DNA of 26,272 bases from an uncultured Nitrososphaeraceae archaeon (GTDB taxonomy: Archaea > Thermoproteota > Nitrososphaeria > Nitrososphaerales > Nitrososphaeraceae). Below the pieces are notes generated by a model. It was not told the DNA's origin and did not search any database. It saw only the letters and a program-made list of their open reading frames with translations. The stretch is taken from contig CAVXZB010000029.1 of NCBI GenBank assembly GCA_963765895.1, forward strand, positions 1 through 26,272, given 5' to 3'. The translations under genes were made by a program, and so were the position numbers. Shown here piece by piece: positions 21,389 through 26,272 of this stretch. Every line of letters begins with the position of its first letter. The first letter of the stretch is position 1.

Positions 21389-21526
21389 TCACTCTTCCTC
21401 GTCTGTAATCAAACTCAGAGCACTTTGCAATGCTTCTAGAACGGTTAGGTGGTTTTCAACTTCCCTTAGACTCCGTTTGTGAGACTTGACCTCCTTCTGC
21501 TTCATATCTATTCTGCATTGAATCAT
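21389..21526 (-). CDS. Possible 45-aa coiled-coil protein
   Basis: MIQCRIDMKQKEVKSHKRSLREVENHLTVLEALQSALSLITDEEE. Confidence 0.3.
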   Translation of the reverse strand: MIQCRIDMKQKEVKSHKRSLREVENHLTVLEALQSALSLITDEEE

Positions 21527-22077
21527 TGCCTTTATGCAGTCTCCCGTTAATTCTGACGATCACTTTGTGTTAGTTACAGGATTACTATAAAGTCCAGGGT
21601 ATCTATTTACACAGGGAGTCCTACCTACACAGTAGAACAGTATGGCTGATCAGTAACTTCTTTCTTAACGTAAACTCACTAGATTACAACTCCAGAATGG
21701 TAATCATCGTACATAATGAGGCTGATCGTCGCACACCTCTCTTATGGATAATTTCTGTAGGCTGTCAAGACAAAGAGCGAGAGGCAAAGACGTTACGTCT
21801 AGTATTACTGTGATTCGGATAGTGCCGGCGAAAGAATGACTTCCGGCCAGCTAAAGCTCTAGGAACTATATGATCTACTGAAAGTTTATCCGCGGCATTC
21901 CTACAAGACAATTAGCACAGCGAGAACCATGCATATCAATTAGCGCTTTACGTTGGTTACAAAAACGTCTTCCCCCCAACTCTTGTTTATCTGAATAGTA
22001 AATACGGGGTATAGGGTATAAAACCCTACCATGCTTGGCATTATTAAAACCGAAAACTCTATTAAAGTTCGCCAGAC

Positions 22078-22617
22078 TTGTCAAAGATAAAACCTGCAAC
22101 TGCTGACGATATAGCACATGGCACTATTAGTTCAAGATTTAAACCCCAGTCAATTGACGATCAGATAATACAAAATCCTATCTTACCAACGGGAAAACCT
22201 ACAACTGGATCTAGTGGAAAGTCTTCTGACCAGTTTCTCGATATATCAGGTCTAAAGACTGGTAGTCCTACGACCGGCGATAAAGGAACTCCTATTCAAG
22301 ATTTGCTGAAACAAATTCCAGTACCAAAGTCAAAAACACCAAGTAAATCTGATAGAAAGAAGAAAAGCGATAACAAAGCTCCAAAGAAACTAAATCCACC
22401 AAAGTCAAGTAGTAGTGGTAAGTCAGCACCAAAAGCAGGGAATTGTGATTCGTATGATCTCTTATTATTCAAACTTCAGAATCCATTATGTAGTTTGAAG
22501 AATATGCTTGGACTTAGACCGCAGGGCTTCCAAGAACAACGAGCGGGTTCTCCTGAGATGTTAACCAAGCCAGAGATTGCAACTGAAGGATTAGAAATTC
22601 CTATAATAGCTCCATAA
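22078..22617 (+). CDS. Pro/Lys/Ser-rich hypothetical protein
   Basis: 179-aa low-complexity ORF; start uncertain. Confidence 0.55.
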   Translation: MSKIKPATADDIAHGTISSRFKPQSIDDQIIQNPILPTGKPTTGSSGKSSDQFLDISGLKTGSPTTGDKGTPIQDLLKQIPVPKSKTPSKSDRKKKSDNKAPKKLNPPKSSSSGKSAPKAGNCDSYDLLLFKLQNPLCSLKNMLGLRPQGFQEQRAGSPEMLTKPEIATEGLEIPIIAP

Positions 22618-22625
22618 AAAAGAAG

Positions 22626-22898
22626 TTAGTCTTCGCCGTTATCAAATTGGTTTTGATATGCATGTTTATAGTTGGAACAGAATGCACTTGAATGCCCTGA
22701 AGGACATGATGAGTCATATCCATGACCATTTAGACCGTTCGAGTCTCTAAATGCATCAATTGCCCCTCTTTCTAGTGAATTTCCCTTACTATGATGTTTC
22801 TTTGCCATTACCGTTGCCGCAGGTCCTATCATCATACATCCTATTGCTACCAATACGATTGCAGATGTTATTATTATTGTTGTTGTTTTTTTATTCAT
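22626..22898 (-). CDS. Small secreted protein with CPSGHSSAFC motif
   Basis: Signal peptide; CPxGHSxxFCxxY. Confidence 0.75.
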   Translation of the reverse strand: MNKKTTTIIITSAIVLVAIGCMMIGPAATVMAKKHHSKGNSLERGAIDAFRDSNGLNGHGYDSSCPSGHSSAFCSNYKHAYQNQFDNGED

Positions 22899-23403
22899 TT
22901 ACTGGTCCTATCCAACTTATCACAATTGTAGTAGATTCATATTATTGAACATTCTGATTCATTTTTATAAAAGAAGATTCTAACATAGATAAAATAGGAA
23001 CAACAGCGTTATTATGTCAATAGATTGGTACAGAGTTTTGTACCTAGGTTATGTGGAACGCAGTGCTAATGTGTAGCACAATGTGATACCATCGTCAGTA
23101 ATTCAACAAATCACTTATTCGCCGGCATTCCATTCTATGTGAAATCAACCGTTGCTTCCCCTATGCTGGAAAATATTCTTTGCCAGTTGAATATATTGAA
23201 AAATATACTTATTCCATCAGATAATTACAAAATCTATGATTTATCTTATTATATACATATATACCATCTAGAAATGTAGAAATCATGATATTACCATATT
23301 AGCGACATTAAATCCGTATAAAGCTGTATATGCAATATCAAGTTTCTTATTGTTCAGTGTAAAGCATCGCACAAATATTGAACTTCATATTCTTTCATGG
23401 AAA

Positions 23404-23713
23404 ATGCATAGTGTCCCAATTCGATCCTCAGCGTTCATTGTTATGATTACCGCACTAGCAGCAGGTACTTTGGTAGTGACCATTGCCTTCTACCCAAGCT
23501 TGGGTAGCCGATAGCGATCCTATACAAGGAATCAGAATTACGATTGATTCTCCTGAGACATGTAACTCAAACTGCGTTATTGAAGAAGAATCTGATAGAT
23601 CGGTGGGACCGGCGTCACATCCTCAAGTGGCAGCCTTGTCTCAACAATCATCATCTTATTTCATCAACTTTTTTAATCATAATTTACTTAGCTCTCCATG
23701 TCAAAAAAATTAG
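23404..23713 (+). pseudogene. Possible secreted-protein fragment
   Basis: Signal-like MHSVPIRSSAFIVMITALAAGTLVVTIA joins ORF 23483-23713 by a frameshift. Confidence 0.3.
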
Positions 23714-24431
23714 AGGACAGAGTAGCCGTCATTACCGGAGCGACCAGCGGTATGGCGCTTGCTACCCCTAAATTATTCGTCGAGGAAGGTGCATATGTCT
23801 TCATCACAGGCCGCAGCCAAGATAGACTTGACAAAGCAGTCAATGAAATCGGCAAGAGTGTCACTGGCGTGCAGGGTGATGCCGGCAATCTAGCTGATCT
23901 TGATCGGTTGTTTGAAACAGTCAAAAATGAGAATGGTCATATCGACATCCTCTTTGCGAGTGCTGGCGTTGCCGAGCTCAGTAGTCCGCTTGGCTCCATC
24001 ACCGAGAAAGGTTTCGATGATACGTTTAACGTCAACGTTCGTGGCACTCTATTTACCGTACAAAAGGCTATACCGCTCATGAAGGATGGCGGGTCAATCA
24101 TTCTGAATAGTTCTGTTGCCGGAGTGAAGGGATATCCGGGCACTACCGTCTACAGCGCCAGCAAAGCAGCCATACGTTCTTTCGCTCGAACTTGGACTGC
24201 CGAGCTCAAAGGAAAGATTAGAGTCAATGTCATCAGTCCAGGTCCAATAGATACGGCGATATTTGACGGCGCTTATCAAGAAATCAAGGATGGTTTAGCC
24301 TCCATTGTCCCGATGGGTCGGATGGGTCAACCGCCAGAGATTGCAACTGCTGCGCTCTTTTGGCATCTGATGATTCCAGCTTTGTTACCGGTATTGAGCT
24401 GTGCGTCGACGGCGGCGTAGCGCAGGTCTAA
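23698..24431 (+). CDS. Short-chain dehydrogenase/reductase, frameshift near 24360
   Basis: TGATSGMA, YSASK. Shifting frame in a T-run restores LASDDSSFVTGIELCVDGGVAQV*. Confidence 0.92.
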
Positions 24432-24520
24432 TTGAAAGTACTAGTCTAACATCCCGGAATTTATTCCATTTTCATCCAGCACTAGTAGTCGAAATTTATG
24501 ATACTTGCTAGTACTTTCAA
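24432..24520. repeat. 89-bp element bounded by perfect 13-bp inverted repeats
   Basis: ttgaaagtactag (24432-24444) / ctagtactttcaa (24508-24520). Confidence 0.75.
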
Positions 24521-24609
24521 ACCAAAGATATGATGAAGGGTCAAAAATCCGGCAATGAGCAACTTTGGAATGAAAATGACTAAATCATACCGAAGGAAAG
24601 GATGAACCT

Positions 24610-24927
24610 ATGGAATACCTGACTGATATGGTCACTACGGTTCCAGAAGGAACTAGCCAAGTGAAAGTCAATGAATTGCGTGCTGCTGAGGCAGTGCAAG
24701 CCGCTGAGCTAGCAAAAGCAGGCCATTTGGTCCGGCTCTGGCGCCCCCCACTTGGTCCAGACGAATGGCGCAGCATCGGGCTGTTCTGCGCCGCAGACGA
24801 GGCAGAGCTTCGCCAAGTCCTTGACTCGTTACCCCTTCATATCTGGATGAAGGTCAACGTTACGCCGCTGAGTTCACATCCCAATGATCCAGAATCTCGC
24901 GCCCGTCAGGCCATGGATCAACCATAG
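24610..24927 (+). CDS. Muconolactone delta-isomerase (CatC-like) family protein
   Basis: LRAAE..A.EL..GHLVRLWR..IGLF.A.D..EL..L.SLPL..WM.V.VTPL..HP. Confidence 0.88.
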   Translation: MEYLTDMVTTVPEGTSQVKVNELRAAEAVQAAELAKAGHLVRLWRPPLGPDEWRSIGLFCAADEAELRQVLDSLPLHIWMKVNVTPLSSHPNDPESRARQAMDQP

Positions 24928-24934
24928 ACCTATC

Positions 24935-25072
24935 GGCATTACTGAAACTAAACCAATTACGACAAATACTGGACATCAGTGTAATGTCGTCTTCTCATCT
25001 AACTGTATAGACACAATAAGTGATGGTGAAACCAAAACATGTACAGTAACTAATATTAAGACTGGTAACTAA
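24935..25072 (+). pseudogene. Fragment of a surface-protein Ig-like repeat
   Basis: VVFSSNCIDTISDGETKTCTVTN resembles the FSGDCxGTIxxGETKTCTITN repeat. Confidence 0.5.
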
Positions 25073-25080
25073 TCGCTCAC

Positions 25081-25203
25081 TTACTCAGCCGAATTTAACA
25101 AATTCCTGATCGGACAGCAACTGAGCTATCGAAATCGAATTTTAGTAAGATCGTAAGCCGGCGAACACATCAAGAAATATTGTTTATACAGGCCTGACTA
25201 ACT
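25081..25203. repeat. Conserved non-coding segment A, copy 3
   Basis: ttactcagccgaattt..aattcctgat..aatcgaattttag..gccggcgaac..agaaatattgtttatacaggcc. Confidence 0.7.
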
Positions 25204-25279
25204 CTAATGAGCCTATATAAATGAATTAGACGGGCAAAATGTCGGAGATATTTATCGTGTCTAACTTCGCTGTATGGCT

Positions 25280-25489
25280 TTACATCATACTAGGTCTATG
25301 TAGAGGTGTAAATCTGAAATCCCGCAGGATCTGGATTTTCTGCTGTGATAGAAGTCCATTTGCGAATACTAAAGCACTACATGTGTTACATCGTACCATA
25401 ATACGTCTAGTCTTGGTCGGTTTCAGCGTAGCTAAACTATTGCAGAAGAGGCAACGGACTGTTTGTTCCCATGAGTCTATAACAGACGA
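25280..25489 (-). CDS. Small zinc-ribbon protein, copy 3 (TCG at the start position; absent from ORF track)
   Basis: SSVIDSWEQTVRCLFCNSLATLKPTKTRRIMVRCNTCSALVFANGLLSQQKIQILRDFRFTPLHRPSMM*; 210 nt, same length as copy 1. Confidence 0.8.
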   Translation of the reverse strand, partial: SSVIDSWEQTVRCLFCNSLATLKPTKTRRIMVRCNTCSALVFANGLLSQQKIQILRDFRFTPLHRPSMM

Positions 25490-25930
25490 TGTACTAATGT
25501 ACAGTATATCGTATCTAAGCTATATATAGCGCCAAGAGAATTTCGTCAGACAGTTTGGCTTGTTCGCCAGTCTTTATGCTCATATGGGATCTTCCTGGTT
25601 TGCCGGTGAACGATAAATAAGAAATAGATGACCGCCGCCGGCGAGTCCTTTAAAGCAAGAGTAAGCTAAAGGAAAAACGTGAATGTATTGTTCAAAGAGT
25701 AAATTCCGTGCAAAAGACATGGACAACGTGGCCAAAATCCGGCGATCAGCGGCATTAGAATAGAAATAGAAGAAATAAAGAAAATGAAATTATGAAATTA
25801 TAGCCAGCGTTTCTGGATCATATTCAAAGTTATATTCGGCATATGCATCTCGCTTTGAGTCTGCGAGGTAATCATCTGCTGGATGTGTAATCATAGGCTA
25901 CGTGGTCATTGGACTGTCCAATATATCGCA
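25490..25930. repeat. Conserved upstream segment B, copy 3
   Basis: Collinear with 16337-16752; similarity ends ~45 bp from the integrase stop codon. Confidence 0.8.
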
Positions 25931-25975
25931 TATAATCAACTTTTGTTACTTTACGCTGTTGAATAAGCAAAATGC

Positions 25976-26272
25976 CTATGCTGTTATTTGTCTTCTCTCA
26001 AGTTCCTGCAACCTAGCTGATAAAGACACAAGTTGATCTGATAATTGAGCTATGGCATCATCTTTTACTTTATCGCGCTGTCTTAGAGATTGGTTTAATT
26101 CTTCCAATTCCTCTACCTTGGTTTGTATATCGGCGCCCTGTCTTTGTAGTTGATGGACATTAAGGAATGTTAGATAAGGCTCGATTTTACGAAATATTTC
26201 AGCTTTTTCTGAATCCTTTTTGCGCCAGTATGTAGAACCGGCATGTCCTATGAAATATTCCGAGTAATCAGC
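25976..26272 (-). CDS. C-terminus of tyrosine recombinase/integrase (partial, runs off window)
   Basis: ADYSEYFIGHAGSTYWRKK..IEPYLTF then a coiled coil. GH-x4-Y fits box II His and catalytic Tyr; frame open for 98 codons. Confidence 0.75.
   Translation of the reverse strand, partial: ADYSEYFIGHAGSTYWRKKDSEKAEIFRKIEPYLTFLNVHQLQRQGADIQTKVEELEELNQSLRQRDKVKDDAIAQLSDQLVSLSARLQELERRQITA

Noticed and set aside
25239-25529. 96-aa plus-strand ORF
   Set aside because: Antisense shadow of zinc-ribbon copy 3.
1-26272. tRNA, rRNA or a tRNA-derived att site
   Set aside because: No cloverleaf or rRNA-like sequence seen by eye; an att site may lie beyond the right edge.

Overview
AT-rich window whose gene content (PQQ-type sugar dehydrogenase, cupredoxin-like secreted protein, HtrA protease, MEDS-domain protein, lineage-typical hypotheticals) suggests a soil ammonia-oxidising archaeon (Nitrososphaerales); this is an inference. 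The left half (1-12.5 kb) holds ordinary genes, an IS5 remnant and gene fragments. An arsenic cluster follows (arsM, broken arsC, aquaporin, divergent HxlR). The right half (15.5-26.3 kb) is an accessory region built on a diverged module present three times. Each copy has a conserved ~110-bp non-coding segment, a ~69-aa CxxC-x17-CxxC zinc-ribbon gene and a palindromic TATA box; copies 1 and 3 also share ~430 bp upstream. Copy 3 is missing from the ORF track and lies just downstream of a tyrosine integrase cut by the window edge. Cargo genes sit between copies, and non-coding GCCGGC(GA) motifs are concentrated in this half. Many genes have single-base frameshifts, often in homopolymers, probably at least partly assembly error. 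All alignments and counts were done by eye.
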